Assembly (NCBI GenBank): GCA_051251855.1
Contig: JBPOGI010000001.1
Location: forward strand, 1,056,001-1,120,000
Source: Roseibacillus sp.
GTDB lineage: Bacteria; Verrucomicrobiota; Verrucomicrobiia; Verrucomicrobiales; Akkermansiaceae
DNA: 64,000 bases
Direction: 5' to 3'
Made by a program: the position numbers and the translations under genes
Part shown: piece after piece, positions 39,941 to 49,700 of the stretch
How the letters are laid out: every line of letters begins with the position of its first letter
Numbering within the stretch: position 1 is the stretch's first letter
Notes under the pieces: model-generated
Database searches by the model: none
Told to the model about the DNA's origin: nothing
Seen by the model: only the letters and a program-made list of their open reading frames with translations

Positions 39941-42034
39941 ATGGAATCACGTTTTCGGTTTCGTCTCTACCTCCTCACCGCGCTCATTTTGTTGGGGACG
40001 GTTTCATTGCTGCATCGCTTGCATCAATTTCAGATCAAAGATCAGCATTACTACATTCGTAAAAAACCCGGCTTTAGTGTGGTGGCTATTCGCGAGCCAG
40101 GCGTTCGGGGTGAAATCAAGGACCGCAATGGAGTCCCGCTGGCCGAGAATTATCGCATCTACGAGTTGGTCGTCAACTTGGGCGAGATACGAGAATCATG
40201 GGTCCGCCAATGGAAGGTTGAAAAAGCCAATAGCGATGAAGAGGATACCAAGCCTCCTGAAATCGATGAGATTGTCGAACAGCTCATTATCCCTCGCCTC
40301 AAAGAACTAGGGGTTGAACCAAGGTTGAATCGAACAGCGATCAAGACGCACTTCATTACCCATGGCGACCTCGTTCCTTACGTCTTTCCCGGGGAGTTGG
40401 ATTTCGATCAATTCTCGCGTCTCGCAGAGCACAAATTGGGTCTACAAGGAGTCTATGTGAACTCGCGGCCCCAGCGCCGATACCCATTAGGCACCTTGGC
40501 TGGCCATGTGGTAGGTTACGTTCAGCAGTGGAAAAAAGGAACTTACACCGCCGCAGAGAAGGCTGAATTCGCCCACTATTTTGGAGATAGCAAGGGCGTG
40601 AGTGGAGTCGAAAAAGCTTATAACGATATTCTCACCGGGCAACACGGGAAGCGCAGCCTCTACAAAGACGAAAAGGGACAGATCATTGGGCGCACAGTAG
40701 ATTCCCGCCCCCCTGCCCAAGGCGCTGATTTGACCCTTACGATTGACGCGGGAATTCAATGCCTGACTGAAAACATCCTGAGAAAGGCTGGTCGTGCAGC
40801 AGCAGTGGTCATGGACGTCAACACTGGTGAAGTTCTCGCCCTAGCCTCTGTCCCAAACTACGATCCCAACGACTACATACCCTCCCTTTCGCAAGCCTCT
40901 GCCGACTACTATTTTCAAAATAAGGGTCACCCTTTTACCAACCGCGCAGTCTCGAGCTTCATGTCTGGCTCTACGACAAAGCTTCCTGTTGCCTTGACTG
41001 CTGCGATGAACGGCCAAGTCGGCTTCGTCGATAACTGCCGTGGCTATGTCGCCTTTGGGCCCCGCACGAGGATCCACTGCCACAGGACTTCTGGCCATGG
41101 TTCTTTAGGAATGGAGTCTGCAATCCAGCGTTCTTGCAATCCCTACTTCATGGACTTGGCCAACAAAATGGGTCGTCGGAAGATTGTCGAAGGCTTTTCA
41201 ATTCTCAATCTTGGACGACGAACAGGGGTCGGCCTTCCCGACGAAAGTCCCGGAGTCCTGCCGGGCAGCGAGCTGTGGCTTCAAAGACAAGAGCCAGGCT
41301 CGATTGTCACCGCTTCTCAACTTGCTCAAACTGCTATCGGCCAATGGCACATGGAGGCCACCCCCCTTCAGATTTGCGCAGTCACTGCCTGTATCGCTAA
41401 TGGAGGAAAATACTACCGTCCTCGCCTCCTCAAGGAAGCAAAGCTGCAGAATGATATTATCGAACAGGATCGCCCCCAATTAGAGGTCGATTTAGTTGCC
41501 GAAAAGGGTGTTTCCCCTTCGGATATCAAGCGAATCCAGCGAGGTATGTGGCTCGCAGCCAACCAAGCAGGCGGAACCGCACAAAGAGTTACCGTGCAGG
41601 GGTTTATCGCTGCAGCCAAAACTGGAACCGTTCAGCTCGGGACAAAAAACAATCGAAAAAATAACGCTTGGGTGACCGCCTACGCCCCCTTCGACAAGCC
41701 TCGCTACGCAGTTACCGTCTTTGTTGAAGGAGGAGGAAGTGGCGGAAAAGTAGCAGGTCCCCTCGCCCACATGCTCTTACGTGGAATTGCCGCCACCGAG
41801 AAGGGCTTGAGGCTGCCAGTGAAGCGAATGGGAAAATTCGCTGGTCATTTCGATGCAATCGAAGAGATTGAGCTTCCAGAAGATTCACTTCTCTCCATTA
41901 CCTTGGAAGAAGAGGGAGAGACGGCGGATACGATCATTGAGTCGTCTGACGAAAGTCAGCCAGTGAAAGTGAAGCCTCGCATTATCCCTCTGCCAGGTAC
42001 TGGCAGAGACCAATCTGAGGACGCAGGCGAGTAA
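39941..42034 (+). CDS. mrdA: penicillin-binding protein 2 (class B transpeptidase)
   Basis: RGEIKDRNG, G.SGVEK, catalytic STTK, SCN and KTGT motifs; mre operon context. Confidence 0.9.
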   Translation: MESRFRFRLYLLTALILLGTVSLLHRLHQFQIKDQHYYIRKKPGFSVVAIREPGVRGEIKDRNGVPLAENYRIYELVVNLGEIRESWVRQWKVEKANSDEEDTKPPEIDEIVEQLIIPRLKELGVEPRLNRTAIKTHFITHGDLVPYVFPGELDFDQFSRLAEHKLGLQGVYVNSRPQRRYPLGTLAGHVVGYVQQWKKGTYTAAEKAEFAHYFGDSKGVSGVEKAYNDILTGQHGKRSLYKDEKGQIIGRTVDSRPPAQGADLTLTIDAGIQCLTENILRKAGRAAAVVMDVNTGEVLALASVPNYDPNDYIPSLSQASADYYFQNKGHPFTNRAVSSFMSGSTTKLPVALTAAMNGQVGFVDNCRGYVAFGPRTRIHCHRTSGHGSLGMESAIQRSCNPYFMDLANKMGRRKIVEGFSILNLGRRTGVGLPDESPGVLPGSELWLQRQEPGSIVTASQLAQTAIGQWHMEATPLQICAVTACIANGGKYYRPRLLKEAKLQNDIIEQDRPQLEVDLVAEKGVSPSDIKRIQRGMWLAANQAGGTAQRVTVQGFIAAAKTGTVQLGTKNNRKNNAWVTAYAPFDKPRYAVTVFVEGGGSGGKVAGPLAHMLLRGIAATEKGLRLPVKRMGKFAGHFDAIEEIELPEDSLLSITLEEEGETADTIIESSDESQPVKVKPRIIPLPGTGRDQSEDAGE

Positions 42035-42067
42035 GTCGCTTGCAAACAACGAATTTCAAAGACACAC

Positions 42068-43654
42068 ATGTTGAAACAAATCAAAAGAGCCTTTGGCTTC
42101 GGGGAAGTTGACCCCCGCCAAGGTAATACCATCGTCATCAACGCCGAGACCCTCGAGCGCCGCGTCGCGCTGCTCGAGAACGGTCAGTTGGAAGAGTATA
42201 ATATTGAACGCGAGGGCGAAGTGAACCTTGTGGGCAGTATTTTCAAAGGCCGCGTCAAGAATATCGAGCAAGGCCTCAAAGCCATGTTCGTTGACATTGG
42301 CATGGAAAAGAACGCCTTCCTTCACTTTTGGGACGCCATCCCAGCTGCACTCGACAACTCCATGGAGGAAATTCAGCGCAGCGACCGGCCGCGCAAGAAG
42401 CAAAAGAAAATCAGCTCCAAAGATATTCCGAGTATCTATCCCATTGGCTCGGAAATCATGATTCAAGTATCCAAGGGGCCCATTGGTACCAAGGGACCTC
42501 GCGTCACCACCAATGTCTCATTGGCAGGCCGTTACCTTGTGCTGATGCCCTTCTCTGAGCAGTTCGGTATTTCTCGCAAGATCGACGACCCCAAAGAGCG
42601 TGATCGCCTCCGGAGCATCATGCAGAAGCTCGATGTCCCTGAAGGAATGGGCATCATTATGCGTACCGTGGCTCAAGGCCAACGTGCGCGCCACTTTATG
42701 CGGGACCTCGACATGCTTCTCGATCAGTGGGAAGCGGTCGAAGACAAGCGCGACGCCAATCCTGCGCCCGTTTGCGCCTTCCAAGAACCCGGGATCATTG
42801 AACGCACCGCGCGCGACTTCCTCACTGAGGACATCGACAACGTCATTTGTGATGACCTCGAGACCACCGAATTGATGCGCGGCATTGCTGAGAAAATTTC
42901 TCGGCGGGCGAAGCGTCGCATTCATCACTACCCCACTCGCTCAGCCATTTTCGACAAGCTCGGAGTGCAGAAGCAGATCGATGAAGCCTTTCATCGCCAA
43001 GTGTGGATGCCCTGCGGGGGCTACATCGTGATTGATGAGACTGAAGCTCTCATTGCGGTGGATGTAAACTCGGGTCGCAACCGGGGTGGCAAGGACGTCG
43101 ACAAGACCTTGTTGCAAACAAATATCGAAGCGGCCGAAGAAGTGGCCCGCCAACTTCGCTTACGTAACATCGGCGGATTGGTTGTCGTCGACTTCATCGA
43201 CATGCGTCACCGCCGTGATCAGATGGCGGTTTACCGCGTTATGAAGGATCGCATGAACCGTGATAAGGCCAAGACTCAGGTCCTCCAGATTTCATCGGTC
43301 GGCCTCATGGAGATGACCCGCCAGCGTCTGAATGAAAGTCTGCAAGAGACACTTTCGGAGCCTTGTGAATATTGCGAAGGTCGTGGCCGCGTGAAGACTT
43401 CCTTTACGCTTAGTGTCGAAATTCAGCGTGCACTTAACACCGTGATTGCACGTCATCAGGAGGAAGCGGGCGACCTCGTCGTCATCGTTCATCCTGTCGT
43501 ACTCGAACGCTTCAAAAAAGAGGATTCTCACATCCTCATGGACCTAGAGAGAAAGCACACTGGCCGCCTCATTTTCCGCACCGATTCGACGCGCCATCGC
43601 GAGCGCTACGACATCATCGATGCCGCTACTGAGAAGTCCTACGCTTCGGCTTAA
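42068..43654 (+). CDS. Rne/Rng family ribonuclease
   Basis: S1 domain (AMFVDIG), KGPRVT, TEALIAVDVNSG, QLRLRNIGG..VVDFIDM, EMTRQR, CEYC.GRG. Confidence 0.95.
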   Translation: MLKQIKRAFGFGEVDPRQGNTIVINAETLERRVALLENGQLEEYNIEREGEVNLVGSIFKGRVKNIEQGLKAMFVDIGMEKNAFLHFWDAIPAALDNSMEEIQRSDRPRKKQKKISSKDIPSIYPIGSEIMIQVSKGPIGTKGPRVTTNVSLAGRYLVLMPFSEQFGISRKIDDPKERDRLRSIMQKLDVPEGMGIIMRTVAQGQRARHFMRDLDMLLDQWEAVEDKRDANPAPVCAFQEPGIIERTARDFLTEDIDNVICDDLETTELMRGIAEKISRRAKRRIHHYPTRSAIFDKLGVQKQIDEAFHRQVWMPCGGYIVIDETEALIAVDVNSGRNRGGKDVDKTLLQTNIEAAEEVARQLRLRNIGGLVVVDFIDMRHRRDQMAVYRVMKDRMNRDKAKTQVLQISSVGLMEMTRQRLNESLQETLSEPCEYCEGRGRVKTSFTLSVEIQRALNTVIARHQEEAGDLVVIVHPVVLERFKKEDSHILMDLERKHTGRLIFRTDSTRHRERYDIIDAATEKSYASA

Positions 43655-43808
43655 GAACGAGGCGGCACCTTATCCTTTAATTATAGGACTCAGTTCGATT
43701 CGCTTCTTTTGGCGCTTCGCTTCTGGGTCCTCTTTTTTGCTGGGAGGCTTCCGCATTTTGGGACTCTCCGAGTTCGTAGACCTTCAATCGACAACGAAGA
43801 AAAGAAAA

Positions 43809-43883
43809 TGGTAGGCCCACCAGGAATCGAACCTAGATCTACGGTACCGGAAACCGTCGTTCTATCCATTGAACTACAGGCCC
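43809..43883 (-). tRNA. tRNA-Arg (anticodon CCG)
   Basis: 75 nt GGGCCTG...GGGCCTACCA; anticodon arm ACGGT-TTCCGGT-ACCGT; GGTTCGATTCC T arm. Confidence 0.95.
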
Positions 43884-43896
43884 TACGCGGGCGCGG

Positions 43897-43926
43897 AGAA
43901 TGCACTGCTCTCCCTGCTCCTGTCAA
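43897..43926 (-). promoter_or_regulatory. sigma70-type promoter of tRNA-Arg
   Basis: TTGACA-N18-CATTCT followed by a GC-rich discriminator just upstream of the tRNA. Confidence 0.6.
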
Positions 43927-43997
43927 TCGACAATGAGCCCTTTAGTTGCTTCTCTGCTGGACGAGGCGGCCTAGATTCGGGAACCTTCATTCGACGA

Positions 43998-45827
43998 ATG
44001 ATTCTCACCAATCCATGGGGCCTCCTTGCCCTTCTCGGAATTCCTGCGGTCCTGCTGATTCACTTTCTGCAAAGACAAGCTCAGGTCATTCCCGTCTCCA
44101 CTCTTTTTCTTCTAGAGCAAACCCAGCGCGAATCTACTTCAGGCCGTCGCTTTGACCGCCTCACCAACTCCATCCCTCTGTGGCTCCAACTTCTGATGGT
44201 GCTCTTGCTGACCTGGCTACTCGCTGAACCACGTTACAAAAGTAAAACATCGACTCAACAAGTCGCCATCGTCATCGACTCTTCGGCCTCGATGTCAGTC
44301 TTCCGTGACGAACTCAAGACGACCCTAGAAACAGAACTCCCCAACCTCAAGGGCCCGGCTTCGAAGCTCCAAATTTATCTCCTCACTTCTGATCCTGATG
44401 AACCGATCCTTTACTCTGGCGACGACCAAAAGGAAGCCTTAGCCGCTATCGCAGAATGGAGCCCTACTGCAGGGGCGATGGACCCGAACGCGGCCCTGCG
44501 CCTTGCTCGTTCACGAATTCGTAGCGAAGGCCTCCTCATCTATCTCACCGATAATTTGGAACGCACCGAACTCCCCTTTGACGCTCAACTTCTCGCCATC
44601 GGAAAGCCCACCGACAACCTCGGTTTCACGGGCCTCAGCTTTTCCGAAGACGGGAAGTCCTGGCAAGCCACCGTCCGCAACTATTCCGACACTCAAGCAG
44701 AACGCGGCTGGCAGGTGCTATTTCCCGACGGGTCTCTCTCCGAAAAGCGCGAGCTCGTCCTTTCCGCCGATGGAATTAGCACCATCACTGGCACCTTTCC
44801 CACTGGCGCAGACTACCTCACCGTCAAACTCGACTCCGACTCCTTAGCTCTCGATGACCACCTCCCTATCATCAACCCTCAGCCCAAAACCCTCAATACT
44901 CTCTCCGAACTCCCTCCCAAGTTCAATGACTTCGAAAAACGCTTCCTCTCCTTTTTCCCCAATCTCGAAACGAAAACAAGTTCCACTCCCGACCTCACTC
45001 TTTCTTCCTACGATCCTCTTCTCCCCATCATTCCGGAGACTCATTCAATCATCACCATTAACGAGACCGCTCGCTCGCGAAAATTCCTTTCCGGCGGCAT
45101 CGTCTCCGAACCTCACCCATTGACCCAAGGCCTCAATTGGCAAGCCCTCCAGTCTCGCGAGACCATCCCCTTCCCTGTTACGTCTTCGGACAAAGTTCTT
45201 CTCTGGCAAGGTCAGCGTCCTCTCATCGTGCTTCGTGAAGTTCTCGCTATCGAAGGCGAAACCTCCTCTAGCCCCAAAGAGCATCTTATTTTCAACTTCG
45301 ACCTCTCACTCTCTAACGCTCTCAAGCTGCCTTCTACTGTCATTCTCCTCCATCGCTTTACGAGTGGACTTCGCGAACAAAAAATAGCTTTCGAAGCTAT
45401 CAATACCGAGACGAACCAAGAACTCGACCTCGCCCACGATCCTTCTCAGCAACTCATCATCAAACAACTGGCGGCAGAAGGAGCCTTTCTAACCCGCGAA
45501 ATGCCTCTTAATGAAATCCTTCACACCCCTAGTCAACCTGGCTATTTCGAAGTGTTTCAAGGCGAGACCCTCCTCCTCAAATCAGCTAGCCATTTCGCAG
45601 ACACTCGGGAAGCTGACCTTCGCAAGGCAGCCACTCAAAACGAACTGACTCGTCTCACGGCTTCCGCAGTGGACCAGAATACCAACGAGGACAAGTGGTG
45701 GCCGGTTTGGGTCCTCCTCACCATTACGGCCCTTCTTGCCGCATGGCACTTCACTAAGACGAAAGCCAACGAAGAGGATACCAAGGAAGCCACATCCATT
45801 GGTCCAAGCTCTCACCCCACGGGTTAG
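43998..45827 (+). CDS. BatA-type double-TM N-terminal domain plus VWA protein
   Basis: NPWGLLALLGIP..LIHFL, LL..LLAEP, MIDAS IDSSASM, LTD, C-terminal TM; ATG at 43998. Confidence 0.85.
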   Translation: MILTNPWGLLALLGIPAVLLIHFLQRQAQVIPVSTLFLLEQTQRESTSGRRFDRLTNSIPLWLQLLMVLLLTWLLAEPRYKSKTSTQQVAIVIDSSASMSVFRDELKTTLETELPNLKGPASKLQIYLLTSDPDEPILYSGDDQKEALAAIAEWSPTAGAMDPNAALRLARSRIRSEGLLIYLTDNLERTELPFDAQLLAIGKPTDNLGFTGLSFSEDGKSWQATVRNYSDTQAERGWQVLFPDGSLSEKRELVLSADGISTITGTFPTGADYLTVKLDSDSLALDDHLPIINPQPKTLNTLSELPPKFNDFEKRFLSFFPNLETKTSSTPDLTLSSYDPLLPIIPETHSIITINETARSRKFLSGGIVSEPHPLTQGLNWQALQSRETIPFPVTSSDKVLLWQGQRPLIVLREVLAIEGETSSSPKEHLIFNFDLSLSNALKLPSTVILLHRFTSGLREQKIAFEAINTETNQELDLAHDPSQQLIIKQLAAEGAFLTREMPLNEILHTPSQPGYFEVFQGETLLLKSASHFADTREADLRKAATQNELTRLTASAVDQNTNEDKWWPVWVLLTITALLAAWHFTKTKANEEDTKEATSIGPSSHPTG

Positions 45828-46100
45828 CTCAGAATTTCTCGCTTCGTATCTTTCTCTGTCCGCTTTTCCGTGAAGCGAAGTGCCATAAACAGGCCTTTTT
45901 CGCAGCGGAAACGACGGAATCGGACATTGGTATGTAAGAAAATCAACAGGAGAGGAGCTTGAGCTGACTTGTCCCAAGGGGGATTTGTCTTTGAGGCGGG
46001 GATATCTTGGGCTCTTCCCAGCACGACATGCTGCCTCGCCCAAGCTTTTTTAGTTCGGTTTTCAATTTAATCTGATAGGTTGAAGCGATCAGTTCTTTAA

Positions 46101-46697
46101 ATGTCGTTAAAAACTAAGCTGTTAGTAATTTTTGTGCTCGTTGGAGTCCTTTCTTTAGGACTGCAAATTCTGCGCCCTGATACGAAAGACTTCCCTGATT
46201 CTTCGAAAACAGCAGTTAACGGGCCAAAATCTAGCAACCAAATCTCCACTCCAAATCTCCTCGAAACCGAAAAGCAGATCGCTAGTAAAGGCTCTTATGC
46301 TACTTCGCAGATCGAGAGAGTTGAGCCCGTCACTTTGGATGATATCTCCACCGATCTTACGCCAGAAGAAGCAACTGGACTTTTTCAACGCCTTTCTACC
46401 GAGCTGATTATTGAAGTTAATAAACTGGCTGAGAATAACGATCGAGCTCAGATAGAAAGCCGACTCTCTCCAATCGTCCAAAAGTTCTACTACCTTAACC
46501 GGACCACTCCACCGACCGAAGACGTGATTCAAGGGCGACTCCCCTCTAGCTACCAATCCGATATTCGAAATCTGGAAGAGCTTTGGACCAACAACCCTGA
46601 ATTGGCCACCGCCGTTGATGATCTCTTTGCCCGCTTCGATTTACTCGATCACGAGCATGTCCCCTATCAGCTCAGAAATGAGCTGACGTTGCATTAG
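46101..46697 (+). CDS. hypothetical protein with N-terminal signal/anchor
   Basis: 198-aa ATG ORF with hydrophobic N-terminus, 29 bp upstream of the large secreted gene. Confidence 0.65.
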   Translation: MSLKTKLLVIFVLVGVLSLGLQILRPDTKDFPDSSKTAVNGPKSSNQISTPNLLETEKQIASKGSYATSQIERVEPVTLDDISTDLTPEEATGLFQRLSTELIIEVNKLAENNDRAQIESRLSPIVQKFYYLNRTTPPTEDVIQGRLPSSYQSDIRNLEELWTNNPELATAVDDLFARFDLLDHEHVPYQLRNELTLH

Positions 46698-46726
46698 AAA
46701 ACACCCCATTAAAACCCGATCCGCCC

Positions 46727-49700
46727 ATGTTTAAAATAATCCCACGTTTCCAGTCTTCATTTGGAACGACCACAACTTTCTTGGTTTGCGCCCTCGCCTT
46801 TACTGAGACCCTGATGGGGCAGCTCTCAAGTGATCTGACAGCCTACTGGACCTTCGACAACAGCCTTGATGATGTCGCAGGAAGCTATCTCGGAAATGCG
46901 AACACCAACGACGACAACCTCACTTTCCAAGGAACGGGAGCTCAATATGGCACAGGTCTTTTTGGCGCGGCAGGCTATACGAGCGCTGGACAAGGTTATG
47001 CAAGCACTCCCGACAGTGTAGATGTCGATGCGAATAACAATACCATCTCCATATCAGTCTGGACCCGTGTCGAAAACTTCAACAAAAATTGGCAGACCTT
47101 ACTTTCGAAAGGGGAAGGTTCTAATTTCCGGATTTCACGTTATCAGAGTTCAAACTTTGTCAACTGTCGGGTAGGAAGCGGCGACTTCTCCAGTAATCCG
47201 TTCGGAATTAATGACGGCCAATGGCACCATATTGTGACGACTGGAGGCCCTTCTGGCTCCCTTCTCTACATCGATGGCGTACTAGCCAACAGCAATACGA
47301 GCCCTGCCGTTCTTTCGAATGATAACACTGACTTTTGGATTGGTGACAACCCCGAGGCAACCGGCCGTCAATGGGATGGCGAAATCGATGATGTTGCTCT
47401 TTGGCATCGGGAGCTTTCAGCTGCTGAAGTGACTTCAATCTACCAAGCAGGAACCGATGCTCAAGGCCCTCAGTCTCTTGGTCAACTCATCATCGCCTCC
47501 TCCGATGGTGACAATGATGATGACGGCCTCCCCGATGAATGGGAGTTCACCCATGGTCTCAGCTTCAGCGCCGCCAGTGGCGCCCTTGGTGACGATGGAG
47601 CCAGCGGCGACCCAGACGGTGACTCACTCTCGAACCTTGACGAATACTTGGCAGGAACCAATCCCGTCTTAAGCGATACTGATCAGGATGGCTTGTGGGA
47701 TGGTGCAGAAGTAAACACTTATCTTACCGACCCGACCTTGGCCGACTCCGACAGCGACGGTTCCCCCGATGGCGAGGAGATTTTGTTCTCTTCAGACCCT
47801 AATGACGACTCATCCCTCCCAGCGGCCAACGAGAACGCTTCCGGTCTGACTAGCGTGGGAGGAATCGGCCCCTATTTAGATGGAAATCTTCCATCCCTGA
47901 CTCCCAATAATGGAAATGCTACCGGAGACCTTTGGTCCACAGCCAACGCCTTCCCGGCTTTGGGTAACTTTGGTTCCTTGAAGGGACTCGTCTCGGAGCC
48001 TCTGTCTAACAATCTGCATGTGATTGAGCGTGGAGGTACCATCCAGCGTGTTGATGTCACCAATCCAACAGCCAAGGTGGAAGTGCTCAATATTTCTGCT
48101 CTCACCGTTAATGGAGACAACGGTGGTCTTCGCAGTGTCGTTTTTCACCCCGAATTCAATGAAGTGGGCTCTCCGAACCGCAATTACATGTATTGCTTCT
48201 ATTCCACCGACGCAGACGCTTCGCGCGGGTTCACAAACGGAGATGGCAATTTCTTCTATCGTCTTTCGCGCTTCACCCGAAATGAAAGCAGTGGACTCTT
48301 CCCTTCCTCTTCTGAACTCGTTCTTATTCAGCAGAGTTCGCCTGACGAGGGCCAACACTTCGGAGGAAGTCTAGGTTTCGACCCTGATGGCTTCCTCCTT
48401 ATCGGATGGGGTGATATGGAGTTTAATAGTAGCCGTGTCGGGGTCGATTTCTATCAAGACGCGCAACGGGTGGATCGCATTTTTCAAGCTGCTGTCCTGC
48501 GTATTGATGTCGATATGCAAGGGGGCGCAATTAGCAGCCCTCCGACTCGAACCCTACAAGGCTCTTCTGGTCCTAACGCGGCTGCAGGCACCGACCAGAG
48601 CTGCCCCACCGGTCACGCCTACTACCATGTCGATAACTTCTCGGGAATCGATTACTATATTCCTAGTGACAACTACTTTGTCCTTAATCCGCCTGCTCCT
48701 GGGGATGGTTCTTTTGCTAACACTCCTTTACATGGCGACGCACTCGGCGAACACATGGCCTTGGGCACCAGAAATCCATGGAGAATGGCAGTAGACCCCG
48801 TTGATGGTGACATTGCCCTTTTCAACGTTGGTTCCAATTCTGGTGACGATTTTGAAGAAGTGGAGCTTGTCAGCCAAGGCTACAATGGTGGCTGGCCCTA
48901 CCTCGAAGGTCTGACTTCCCAGACTTCCGAAACAGGACGCAATACTCCTCCTTCACAATATGCTCCAACAGCCCTAGGCACCGAGACCAGTCCCATCACC
49001 TATTGGGCCCATGGAACAGGAAGAGTCGCGTCGGGAGGCCTCTTCTATCGTGGCTCAAAGTGGTCCACTATCGACAAACATCTCATTTTTGGAGATCACG
49101 GGAACGGTAAGATTTGGGCTCTCGACTATAAGGACTTCGGCGCTGCTGCCTCCACCTATACCGAGACCGATGGCGCGCTTGCTCCCTCCAACTATACCCT
49201 TCGGGAGTTGGTGGACTCCACTGGCAACATCCGTCAGATGGCAGCTGGACCAAGCGGTGAAGACATCTACATCGCCACCAGCAACCAGATTCATATTCTT
49301 ACCAATGCAGCCGCACCCAACCCCGAGCCACCAGCACTCCTTTCTGCCACGGGAGCCTTCACCGACCTTGCTAATCTGGTTCCCCGAGGCGGACTAATTC
49401 CATATCAACCGGCCTCTCAATTGTGGTCAGACCGCGCTGCTAAGCTTCGTTGGATTGCCGTTCCTAACAACGAAGGTGTCAGCGGTGAGTATGATGATGC
49501 CAGCCAGAAGATCACCTATTCCGAAGAGGCAGAATGGGCCTACCCGATTGGCACCGTCTTCATTAAACACTTTGCACTCCCGTCTGATCTTCGTGACCCA
49601 GGCAACGCCGCCCTTTTGACTCCAGTCGAAACTCGCTTTGCGGTGAGAAACGAAGACGGAGACTATTATTACTTTAGCTATCGCTGGAGAGCTGATGGTT

